A DNA stretch of 64,000 nucleotides from the NCBI GenBank assembly GCA_012295275.1, contig CM022671.1:14384001-14448000 (forward strand). The letters run 5' to 3'. Below the pieces are notes generated by a model that was given only the letters and a program-made list of their open reading frames with translations, was not told where the DNA came from and searched no databases. Shown in pieces: positions 17,436 to 30,312 of the stretch. Both the position numbers and the translations under genes were made by a program. Positions within the stretch are counted from its first letter, which is position 1; each line of letters begins with the position of its first letter. The stretch comes from Chrysomallon squamiferum. Lineage: Eukaryota; Animalia; Mollusca.

Positions 17436-18597
17436 CAGTGGTGGAAATTACGCAATAATTAATAAATACATGCACTGAATTATCTTCCTTTAATTAGTTA
17501 TATTTTGATTATTCCGATCTTAAAGACAAACAAGGGTTGTTTCCCTTGATCATTACTAATTTCACGGAAGCATTATAAGAAATTAAAAAGACGATGACAT
17601 CAGCAAAAGATGGACATCATTTGAGGAAAAGGCGCATTGATAAGGACCTCCACATCCCGGTCTCCGAACTTTCTCACTTAGGGAAGAAAGGTCAACCGGC
17701 GATGTCTAATAGAGTTTAAGTATGACAATAAGATGGGCATGTGTCTTAATACATTCACCTGAAGATTACCTGAAGAAGACCCTGAAGACGTTATCTTTTC
17801 TTAAGAAATCTTAAGATCACCTGAAGATTACCTGAAGACGATGTCCATATTCGGAACGTTTAACAATCACCTGTAGTTAAATATTTTCAGTTTCAGTGAA
17901 GTACAGCAATCAGATAAAGTTATTGATATAATTAAATTACAAATTATTGCTGTACCAGTGCACTGGATCTCTGTGAGACGCAGAACTTCATTAAACAAAT
18001 AAAGAAAGAAAGAAAGAAAGAAAGAAAAGAAAAAAGAAAAGAATCAACAATCGCCTGCCAAAAATAATGATAATAATTATAATAAATAAATAAATCAATC
18101 AATAAATAAATAAAATAAAAATCAATAAATAAATAAAATAAAAATCAATAAATAAATTTGCAACAAAAATAACAAATACTGAAGTCACAACTACTTACTG
18201 CTACCAGTACCACTGTTGATATTACTATGCAACTTTCATTTCTACTGTGACAGTGGGGAAAAACGTCTCGCTTGGACATGCCATAAGCAGATTAATATAT
18301 AATATATTTAACTATAGGAACCAAAGTTATACAGCCAAAGTCGTCAAGTTACAATCCATCCAATCTAACAACAGACATATAATTAATTAAAATACCTAAA
18401 TACATTAATACGTAATGATATGAGCCGGTTCCAGTTAATGGGTATGCGCGATTAAGGACCGCTGTAGATAAAAGATGTCTTATCCAGAATAAACTGATTA
18501 CGGCAATAATCTTGACAACAATTAAAATACCTAAATACATTAATACGTAACGATATGAGCCGAGTGCTATAAAATAACGCACAGACTAGTGTCCAGT

Positions 18598-18692
18598 CTG
18601 CGACGGACACGCCCGCTGACCTGTCAGAAAGCATGCCCGTCGAAGACGTGCTTCACAACAGCTTGCTCTGATTAGCACGTTAATTTTTTTTT
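18598..18692 (+). repeat. Second copy of the ~95-bp LINE-type 3' end, inverted relative to 13431-13524
   Basis: The reverse complement of TCTGCGACGGACACGCCCGCTGACCTGTCAGAAAGCATGCCCGTCGAAGACGTGCTTCACAACAGCTTGCTCTGATTAGCACGTTAATTTTT matches 13431-13524 with few substitutions. Confidence 0.9.
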
Positions 18693-19710
18693 TGAAGTTC
18701 AAGTTCAAGTGTCCAGTTACAACGCACTTGGCTGACCAGCAATAAACACTTCGGAACTCGGCTCATCTCTCTTTCATTTTTGTATTTAGACTGGACCTCA
18801 TTGCTACCAGACTGCATTCCCCAAAGTAGTTCTACAGCAAGATAACCAAAGACAAAATAATCACGGTTACAAAATAACACGGTTATACTACTATCACCAC
18901 TGCTTCTGCTGCTGCTAATACTGCTGACTACTACTAGTACTAATAAAATGGCGTAAAAAATATTATAAATATTCAATATCATCAGTACCCTTAAATATGA
19001 TTTTAAATGAATGAATGAATGAATGAATACATTAATAAATGAATAAATTTTACATAAATAGTGTGTGCGTGTAAATTAAAATAATAATGATCAATATATA
19101 AATATGGTTTTGAATGTAAAACAGACTATATCTATGGTATAAACATTTCTTATTCTGCTAATGGTATTAAACAGTTTCTACATTTTATTCCATATATAAA
19201 TATATTTATCATACATAGACAGTCTTGCATTGATCACTGATTTACATATCTGGAAATAATTCGACATTTTAAAGAAATAGTATATTATGCATAATCAACG
19301 AGTTTAAATGCTGTTTTTCATTCTTATTATTAGTGTTGCTATTATTATTCATTATCATGGTAATAATTTATACCACAGTTGTTTACAATAAACAAAGATA
19401 ACAATAATAACTAATACACTGGTCGAATTAAAAAATGAAACCATAAAATGAATGAAGCAAAATTTAGTATATATATATATATATGTTTTTGTTATTTTAA
19501 ACCATGGTTAGTCTTTGTCCTACATCATAAGGGATATTTTATTTACGCATTACATCGTCAATAAATCATATATTAGATAAACCGATCGTACATCAATGGC
19601 TGGATCGGGAAACTGACTAACAAGATAATCAAATTGGATTGATCCTGTGTCCAATCAAGTATCTGGTATCTGCTCAACAAATAGGCCTATGCTATAAGCT
19701 CATAAATCTA

Positions 19711-19822
<112 letters not shown>

Positions 19823-20261
19823 CTGTAATCAGCGATGCTGTAAAAATAATTATTCACTAATCGATTTAATTTTGTTTTACTTATTTCATTTAATAATCTA
19901 AAATATAAATAAATACATAAATAAATAAATAAATAAATAAAGAGGAGCTAATTTTAATACTTTTATGTTTATTACTATACTAATTATTGATTAAACCTAA
20001 TGTCTTGAAAGGTATTATTAGGCGAACAACGCGCACAATATATCTGTGCTGCCCGTTACTATTGACTGACATTGTTAGCTCTTCCCTTAAAGTAAAGCAA
20101 AGTATAACAGATGTATACGAACTCAAAAAAACAGCTGGATAAATTAAAATTAAAATCAAAACAATCACCCACTGTTGACATTTGAAGTAAGTCAATTGTA
20201 CTGAGGGGAACTAACTATTTTTGTATAATTTGCATCAGATTGTACAAATTACAATATCACG

Positions 20262-20339
20262 ATGGAGGAGATTAAGCAGAAATTTGGAGGAACGTGGAAA
20301 ATGGACCGAGCGGATAAACTTGACGAATTTATCAAGTTG
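20262..20339 (+). pseudogene. Isolated first coding exon of a fatty-acid-binding protein (FABP/iLBP)
   Basis: MEEIKQKFGGTWKMDRADKLDEFIKL followed by a GTGAGT donor. The FxGxWK..D.F motif is typical of iLBP exon 1. I recognised no downstream FABP exons. Confidence 0.6.
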
Positions 20340-20722
20340 GTGAGTTCATGCCACGTTATTAACACGTTTAATATTCGTTCGTTTTCTCGAGTACTGCATT
20401 CGTTTCGGCCTCATCTGTGAAATCCGCGAACGATAACTCCAATGGAACTCATTGTCGTTATGCGTTTGCTTATTCTTCCGGTGATACATAGCCACCAATC
20501 AATATTTTGTTCAGAGGAATTTAATAATGAAACACCATTTGCATTTGATTGGAGCTTTCACTGCTTAAATAAATAAAATATGCTTTTTATTTTGTTGTTG
20601 TTATTTTATTAATATCGGTAAAACTTAATATAACATTATTTTTGTCGAATTCTACAAAATATAACCGCTTCCGAATCTGAACGCATGCGTATTACACGTG
20701 GCTGTAAAAATAAAACTTCGCG

Positions 20723-21800
20723 ATGGCTGCTCATACATTTCAGCAGGAGTACATGCAAATGCCTCCTATCACAAGAGCATATACAACAGCATGTGTTCTT
20801 ACAACTCTTGCAGTGGTAAGAATTAAAGTACCTTTGCTGAAATTATAGATTTCCCAGAAAGATAATATTTTATTGTCATTATAATTTCATTCCATAACAA
20901 TTAACATGGCAAAACAAATCTTTTAAATTTAACTTTAAATGTTTGAGATTTTAATAATTAATTTATTTATCAGAATTTAGATATTTAATATTTAAAATTT
21001 TATACAGATAATGTATAGAGAACTATAAACAGATAATGTAGTAATTGTAATATAGTAAAAATCGGATTGAATCCCAACTTAATTCATTACAGTGACATTA
21101 ACGGAGTAATAAAGTTTATATAATTGTTTAATAGGAAAAAAAATATCAGTACAAAAGCAGCTTTTGATATGTTAAAGTTCATTAAAATCAGTTTAAACAA
21201 TAATTAATCTTTTATCACATTTTTAAATCCGTATTCCATTCATTTACGATTTCCTAAAATATAATTTAAAATTAAAATAAACAATAACAAACAAAATAAT
21301 AAATAAATAAACAAATTAATAAATACAAAAAATTTAAAAATATATAAAATAAAAGATAATAAATATGATAGAAAAACTGTCAGCTACGGGAAAAACGATA
21401 ATTATAAACTAGTCATAAAAAATACTAGTCAAATTATGGCTACCATTTTGTAGAAACCTATAATACCATGTATTTAAAAATGTGTTATTTATTTATTTAT
21501 TCATCTTTTTTTTTTTTTTTTTGGTAAACCAGATATCAGAAGCAACAAACAATAATAAAATTCATTTCTAAATGTATTTATTTATTTATTTATTTATTTT
21601 CAGCAACTGGACATAGTAACACCTTTCCAGATATATTTCAACCATGATTTAATACTAAGACACTACCAGGTACATTCAGTTTCTCTTTAATTTTTGAAAG
21701 TTGTATATGTTTTTAAATATATTATTTATTTATAACTAATTTTATAATAATGTCATTTCTTTTAATTACACACACAGACACACACGTTCCTTAACATGCG

Positions 21801-21839
<39 letters not shown>

Positions 21840-22342
21840 ATATATAACTATATTAAAACTTAAATTCTGTTGCTATTATGTTTATTTATAAAATATCCGA
21901 TACAGATAGTTTTTATACTATTAATTTCAGATTTGGAGACTGATAACTAATTTCTTATACTTTGGGCCCCATTGGTTTTAATTTTTTCTTCAATATGGTA
22001 TTTGCTTACCGATACTGTCGCATGCTGGAAGAAGGGTCTTTCCGTGGAAGGACAGCTGACTTTTTCTTTATGTTTTTCTTTGGAGGGGCATTAATGGTTG
22101 TATCCTTTTTATATATTTGATATTTCAGATATCTTCATGCATGCACATCCACTGAAGTACATATTTTAAATGATCCTAATGGTTATTTCCTGCCAAGTGG
22201 TTTTTTTTTTTAAATGTCTTAAATGTCTTAAATCTTGATGTAGGTAGCTAATTTTGAAAATAATGAAAAAAGTATTGTCATTAACTGTGATCATATACTT
22301 TGTATTCCATATTTTTTTTTTTTTTTTTTTTTTTTAATATGT

Positions 22343-22377
<35 letters not shown>

Positions 22378-23151
22378 ATAACTTTGTGGTATACATTTAT
22401 ATTCAGATGTCACATTTTTGAATTATACATCCTTAATTAAAGATCAGATTGTAGCAGTTTTTGTTAATTTAGTTTTCCTTGGTAGTGCTTTCACAATAAT
22501 GCTGGTTTATGTGTGGAGCAGAAGAAATCCTTATATTAGAATGAATTTCTTTGGTTTGATGAACTTCCAAGCACCTTATTTACCCTGGGTGCTTTTAGGA
22601 TTTTCATTACTTCTTGGAAATTCTGTGATTGTTGATTTAATGGGTAAGATTTATATAAATATATATATATATTTATCAAATTATTATCTGCATTGTAGTA
22701 CTCAGTATATTTAAAGAGAACTTTAAACAAAATTAAAGTAAAAATGACAGTTGATAACGATTATTTGGAAAAAGAATTTTTGATATGAAAATTTGAAAAA
22801 CATTTTGAGTTCTGAATCTTATGTATTTTCTTTTTTTTATTACAAAATTTAAAAAAATTCTATTGATGTCATTTACAGCAAATTAAAAATATGCCAAAGT
22901 TATAACTCAAACCAATAAATAAATAATATTCATAATTTTTTATACTATGTGATGGTTTTGTTACAGGCATTGCAGTTGGACATATTTATTATTTTCTTGA
23001 AGATGTATTTCCACAGAAACCTGGAGGATTCAAACTACTGAAAACACCAAAACTATTGTAAGATTGATGCTTAAATATTTTTTTTATATATTACATTTAA
23101 TCATATTCAGCAGCAATGAAATATGCTTAATTTGGTTTGTAAATATAAAGA

Positions 23152-23201
<50 letters not shown>

Positions 23202-23473
23202 TGAAAAGACTGATAATAAAGTAGTACAGTTATACTGTCCATGTTAGCAGTTGAATTATTTATTCAAATGAAACTATTTAATTTAATTTGTATTTTCATT
23301 TGATTTTATCATCATTAACTTTATCTTTCTTTTTTTAATTTTTTTCCAGTAAATACTTATTTGATGCAACACATGAAGATCCCAATTATAATCCATTGCC
23401 TGAAGACCGTCCTGGTGGGTTTGACTGGGGCCAAGGAGCACAGCTGGGAGACCAAGACGCTCGAAGAGACTGA
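20723..23473 (+). CDS. DERL2: Derlin-2 (ERAD rhomboid pseudoprotease); exons 20723-20815, 21604-21669, 21931-22099, 22448-22643, 22967-23057, 23350-23473; one extra C at ~21970
   Basis: [83 protein letters not shown] and [11 protein letters not shown]. Confidence 0.95.
22100..22447 (+). other. U12-type (minor spliceosome) GT-AG intron
   Basis: Donor GTATCCTTT at 22100; branch-site TCCTTAAT at 22430-22437, 10 nt before the end of the intron (AG at 22446-22447); no polypyrimidine tract. Confidence 0.88.
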
Positions 23474-24369
23474 AACTGATTAAACATCACAGAGATACAA
23501 GTCATTAGTGCAATAAAATTCAGATGGTGTATAATGAAAAAACTTTCAGGCTGTTTTATTTTCATTGTGTTTCATGAGGAAAATACCCACGCTTGATAAT
23601 TTAAACTGCACAAATTATGGAAATTATATTTAATAAATGTCAGAGTATTATCAACAGCCTCAGGTAATAAACATCAATTTCGAGTAATGCATAACAGAAG
23701 GATTACTGAGAAGGACTACAGTAATTATATCTGAAGTAAAATATTGCATGATATGACAGATTTCTTTAATCAGCCTAACAGCCCACAAAATCATTAAGGG
23801 GTATAAAAATATATACCAGCAAAAACTATTTCATAGTCTTTAGAGTGAGTTCAACAGGTCAAGCTCATAATAGTATACAATGTAGTAATAAGCCATGTGC
23901 TTGTACTTTTTCATTCATCAGTATTCACACAAAGAGGAGGAACTCATAAAATAATATTGTATTTTCCATTTATTGTTTATTTATAATCTTATTCATTGTA
24001 ATAAATAGGATGTCTTAATATGTTACCCAAAATTTATATTAAAGAATTTAAGTATTTTGATTCAAATGTTGAATTTAGTGTTGTATCTGTATATAATAAC
24101 AGAAAACAAAACAGTAATTTGCAGAATGTCAGTATGTAACATAACAAAAATAAAGTAAATAGTTTAATTTCATAACTAGGAAGTTTTTCTAAGCTACCAG
24201 CATTTCATTATAAAATTAATTTTGAAGTAAAGCTTATCTTGGTCTTATACTTTATATTAAGGTTTGTAATTAAGGTAATAACTATATCATTACCATGGTG
24301 AAAAAGAAAGTATTTAAACATAAGCCAAGCATTTTCATTGATTATTTTTAAATGCTTTTTTTTCTAAAA

Positions 24370-24410
<41 letters not shown>

Positions 24411-25314
24411 ATGCATTTAAAGTTATTTATTTTACATGTATAAAATTCAAGTCTTGAAAGAAAGAGCAAACCTATTTCGACAGAGGTATATTTTTATGTA
24501 TATAATTCAAATCCAGTACTGTTTGTACAGTTTTGTGATAATAAATATGAACAATTGTTTTTCTTGTTGTTTTATTTATCAAATATCAGATTTTGCAAAA
24601 TAACAAGTTAGTTCATCATAACAATACATTTTATACATTAAGTCTATACACATGTTATACATATTATATTTATTATATATCACAAAATACAAGTATGTTT
24701 ATAAGCACAACAAAATTTAAAAATCTGGATGTCTGTTCATGGGTGTCTATAAACATGTTCTCAGATTCATCAATATATAAATCATGTGATAAAAGCTCTT
24801 TTTTTCTGGGCACAGGGTATTAGGAAAAATTAATTTTGGTGAGAAATAGTTTTGACATCTGTTAATGTATCTGAACAGTGATATGAAATAAAGTTTGCAC
24901 AAAATGTGAATTAAATGATTTCTCTTTAATTTGATACTCAGATGGTTGCAGATTTCATTAGTAAATATTAGTAATGAATAATTTATTGCTAATGCTTCCT
25001 GAGTGTTTCGCCAACCTGAATTTGATAGTAATATATCTTTTTAAATTCTTTTATTTTGTCAGTCTTGTTATTTTAAAATGAATTAGATATCTATTTTTTA
25101 TCCATTAGATTTTTAATTATAACAGTATTAAATAATTTTGTTCTAATTAAAGTATTACTATAATCAATTATATTAAATTAATTAATAAATAACAAGAAAT
25201 TAGAAATTATACAATGCATCAGAACATAATTAAGCGCTAGTACTTTGTGACAGAGAGTTATCTCCCGACCGTTGTTCCAATAGATGTCGCCATAAGCACG
25301 TGATATTTGCAAGT

Positions 25315-27851
25315 ATGGCAGCAACCAGGCGGCTTCAAAAGGTGAAATATCAGTGTCTTGTTGACTAAAAAACAGTATATTTTGAAAATTTTATCTATTA
25401 TTTGATTAGATAAATAATAATGTAATCTCTTTATGACTGAAAGAATTCGTGCAAAAACAAAGATTTGTTTTAATTTTCATTATTATATTTTTTTGTTTGA
25501 ACAATTTCATTATAACCATTTTGAGGAATCCGAAAGTAATGGATTATCATTATGGAGTGAAAGTGAAACAACTGAAACAATCATAAATCGATTCCAGACT
25601 CCTATTGCTTTATTCAGTCGAATAGACAGTAGTTATTGCTTACTCGTTCAGTGTAGAAAGACATGTAAAATTTAATTTGATTTTAGAATGAAATTGTCAT
25701 AACATAATCTCATAATCTTAATCACAAGTAATAACATTAACAGTTTGTCCGTCTTCCTTAATAATATTTGACTAAAACGTAGTCCAACTTTAATTTTAAT
25801 TTTGTGTCATCAATTACATTGTAGTATTAAGTAGCAAGTGTTACAGTGAGCAGAATATTTCATCTGTAGTAGCTGTTACAAAATACAGATTTATGTGATA
25901 ACTGGCAGTAGAGATATGTTATCACCATTATAATGTAACATATTAATAAACTACAATGACAGTTTTATAAACAAGTTATAAATATTAAATATATAATTTA
26001 AAAAAAAGAAGAAAACAAACCTCATCTATCAGTATGTATGGAGGGGGCAAGCAAAATTAGCTTTTCATATTGTAATAGTGTTAGTGTTTTCAACATATAT
26101 CTGGATAATAAATATTAACCCATACAACTTAATCATGAAAGGTGATATTAAATACTTTTTATTTATTTTTATTTTTTTCTAATTTGATCATGAAAGGTTT
26201 TCCATGCAAGGCTTCTCTTAAGCATTAAACACAGTGCTGAAAATCTGTGATTAAAATGTCAAATAAATGGTAGAAAACAATGTGATTCACTGGCTTTAAT
26301 CTAATCTGATTTGAAATGAGTGACATAATATCTCCTTTGAAATATATTGTTTATGGTAATTCTAGCGTGAAGGTGAAAACTATTTCTGAACCAAAAAGAT
26401 ATTCTGTTCTGATCTAATTTAGATGAGTCAACAGTAAAATGTTCTGAAAACTGTTGTTATGTGTCAATACAAACAATAAACTCTAAAAGAAGAGCATGTA
26501 TTTGATAATGTACTTATTACTTATCGACAGCATTTCATTTGCATTTGTTAATGCTGCGAGTACCATTATCTTTTCATAATCTAGGTATTTGTATTTAACT
26601 TTTTATTTTTCATTATTATTATTATTATTATATATTTTTTTTTTCTTCTGAAAAATGTCCTACAGTTTTCATTTCCTCTTTAGAAACAAACCCTAACTGT
26701 AATGTTTAATGTTTGAAAGACGGGACCTGACAATGTTTATTAACACAAGATTTTAAATTGTTTGTTTCAGGAGTTGGGTGACATTCAGACATCTGACATG
26801 AAAGTGTTTAGAAATATTCAGGTGGATGAGACTAACATATTGCAATGGCAGGGTCTAATTGTACCTGTAAGTATTCTATACCACATATTTACATAAACCA
26901 TAATAACTAAAGTTTTAAAACACATTTAAAAAAAAAAAAACTAAATACTTAAAAAATTTGAATTTGATTTTTAAAGTTCTACCAACTAAATGATATTTTT
27001 CTTAAGGTTGTGGTCAGTGTAAATTGTGTGTGTATGTATGCATGCATGTATGTGTATTTATATATTTCTTGTTTTGTCATTGTTGTACAATATTTAGTCA
27101 TTTCTCTTTGAAGTGGAATAATAACTTTGATATATTTTTCATTTATCTTCTTTAATATTTTCAGTAGTTACTATTGTAATATATATATATATAACAATGG
27201 CACATGTATTCATTCATATAGGAAAATCCTCCTTATAACAAAGGTGCATTCAGAATTCAGATAGATTTTCCTGCAGAATATCCCTTCAAACCTCCAAAGA
27301 TAACTTTTAAGACCAAAATCTACCACCCAAATATAGATGAAAAAGGACAGGTGTGTTTACCAATAATCAGTGCAGACAACTGGAAACCTGCCACAAAAAC
27401 AGATCAAGGTAATACTAATAAACTGAGTTTAGTACAGCTAAATGTGTTAGGTTGTTTGCATGTTTTAAGACAAAAGAAATGCTGATGGACAAGCTTAAAT
27501 ATTTTAAAATTTGTAAATGTAAACAAAGAAGCCTTTTTCAAACACAGACTTTTTTCTTCTTTTTTTTATCTGCAAATACTTAAAAATAATTTAAAAAGAA
27601 CAAAACAAACTCTTATCTCATTGATATTATTTTAAAATGTTCTAAAAGACAATAATATTAAAAACGTTAATATATTTACTGAAATTGTGTTTCTAGTCAT
27701 TCAAGCACTGGTTGCATTAGTTCATGACCCAGAACCTGAACATCCACTTAGAGGAGAACTAGCAGAAGAATTTACAAAGGATAAGAAGAAATTCATGAAA
27801 AATGCTGAGGATTTTACCAAGAAACACAGTGAAAAACGACCCAGTGATTGA
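25315..27851 (+). CDS. UBE2L3: Ubiquitin-conjugating enzyme E2 L3 (UbcH7); exons 25315-25341, 26771-26866, 27222-27408, 27697-27851
   Basis: [11 protein letters not shown]...[92 protein letters not shown]. Confidence 0.97.
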
Positions 27852-30312
27852 GGATTTTCCACAGACTAAAACAAATACACCACAACATCATCCTGCCATG
27901 TTTTGAACCAATTGCATCAAACTGTACTATCATTCTTAAAAAAAATATTCTGTTAGTCTCTAAATTAGTTTCTTGATAAATATTTTTAACAAATGTTGAT
28001 GCATTTAAAAATAAATTTCTTAAATATATTTACAACCTCTATAAAACATAAATTAATACAATTTTTTTTTTTCAAGAATTATATTGGGGGAAATAACTGA
28101 TTCTGGCCAAACTTTCCAGTGTCTGAGTTATGTTCCTTTTATTCATATATAAATGGTTATTTCTCACACAATAGTGAACACAAACATAACTGATGAAATT
28201 TACCTTTCTGTGATTGGAGGGGGGAAAAGTAAGTTCTGATGAAATGAATTTCCGGTGTTTATAGAAACACAGTAACTGTACAGAAATCAGTAAGATTTTT
28301 TTTTTTAAATTGTTTTGTTTTATAACGTTCATTTAGGCACACAGGTCTGATTGCAAAAAGTAACAGGTGGTGTGTTTTTTTTTTTAATTGGATATAAATG
28401 TGTATCTGGTGTGAAAATGTTGAATCAAATATTTAGTCATGATTTATCCGAATATTATCTACACAATAAACAGTCAGAGTGCATAACATTTTATTTTTAA
28501 GTTGAATATGACTTAATCTGGCCTGTTGGTTTTGGAAAATGTGGCAAAATGTACAAATAATAAAATTTAATTTAAAATGAAATCTTGCTTTTTCTATGTT
28601 ACGGTTTGAGAAAAGATCAAAGAGTAACAAACTTATTGTGTTGTGTAACAACTTTATGATTTATTAAGCTGAACAGTATTAGGATGTCCTAGGGAAAACA
28701 GTAATCTGAAAAGGACCTGGACAAGAAACATAAGCTTTATATTGGAAATTCAGTTGTTCTAATACTGTTTTGATTATTAAATTCAGTGCATATAATTTCA
28801 CTTTCCTGTACAGTATTCACTGTAAATGTCTGTTATAAAAAGATAATGTATTAAGATAAAAACTAGGGGTTTAGTTTTAATAATAATTGTAAATCTTTAG
28901 TTCTCCTTTTTCTTAATTTATATTCAGTTTTAAATAATGTTAAAGGGTCATTCTTTTCTTCTTGTTTATTTATTTATTTTTTCTAAAATATTATGTTAAT
29001 ATGAGGCAGAATATTTCAACTTTATAACTCAGAAATTATAATTTTTATAGATTTTTTTTAAATTTTAGTTCATTTATATATATATATATATATATGAAAC
29101 AAATATATATATATATATATATATTTTTTTTCTTTCTTTTTTTTCTATTTTAAAATTAAAAAAATGACTAATATTTATGTGTTTTGTAATTTTTTCTTTT
29201 TTTTCTGGTTTATTTACCATTGTGGAAAGTCAGATTGAACTGTAGTAAGAAGACCCTGAATAGTTTTTCTAAGGACATTTGTACTAACTGTAGGCACTTT
29301 GATTTTAATAACACAGTCCCTTCATCTGTAATTACATTCACTTGGCGTCATTTGTAACTTATTTTAACCTATTTGTCTAAGAAAAAAACACTACATTAAC
29401 TGATTTTTATTTATATCTATGTTTAAAAGCTTGGCCACACTGATGAAAAAAAATTCCTTGGCATTAAATTGCAAACTGTGTTATGTATTTTAGAAAGTAA
29501 TCATATGTATTTTTTTTTCCATTTTAGGTAAACCACTGACATGTTCAGTGTATTTAAAAATGGGATTTTGAGGATTATTCATCTAAGTAAATGTTGTTAA
29601 AACGTTTCCAAAAACTAAAGATAACTTGCATTCATTTCATTATAAAATATTGAACAATGTATGCAGTTCAGACTCATCGATTTGTTTATTTTGCAATAAA
29701 TATTTATATTACATTTTTGAGTGAAATACTGTTTTTATTTTTTTTTATAATATTTAATATAATTATTTTAACACTAATAATTGTTAGTATTTTGTAACTG
29801 TCACTACTTATGCTACTACTTGTTTGCATTGATACAAATACCCTGATATGCAGAATTCAGGAAAAGCAGTTGTGGTTCACTGACTGGGTTGGAAACTAGA
29901 CCAACTGACATACATGAGAATAGATTCTGCAGTATATCTAACTGCTAATATTGTATTGTTTCTATTCAGTTTTTTAATCATGTTAGTCAAAAGTTAAGAT
30001 ATTTGATAACATGCAAATATTTCTTTTCTTCTCGTGTATGATTTTTCTCCATGTTTAGAGAACCAAATAAAGTAAATTGGTGTTGCCAGTCTTCAGATTT
30101 GATTAGTAAAACTGTAAACGTAACATAACAATGATATAACTTCAGAATGAATAGAATGTTATAAATGTTTTATTTACATTTATTACAAACAAAACAGTCC
30201 TTGTTAAGTTGGAATGCTTCATCATGCTGATTTTTGTGTACATCTGTGCTACTTGTTTCTGTTAATTTAATGAACTGAATCTGATATGTGCTGAAAATAT
30301 GATAATCTTTGC

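Noticed and set aside
17756-17842. CTGAAGA repeats as a hammerhead ribozyme core
   Set aside because: No properly placed GAAA and flanking stems could be built; treated as short direct repeats.
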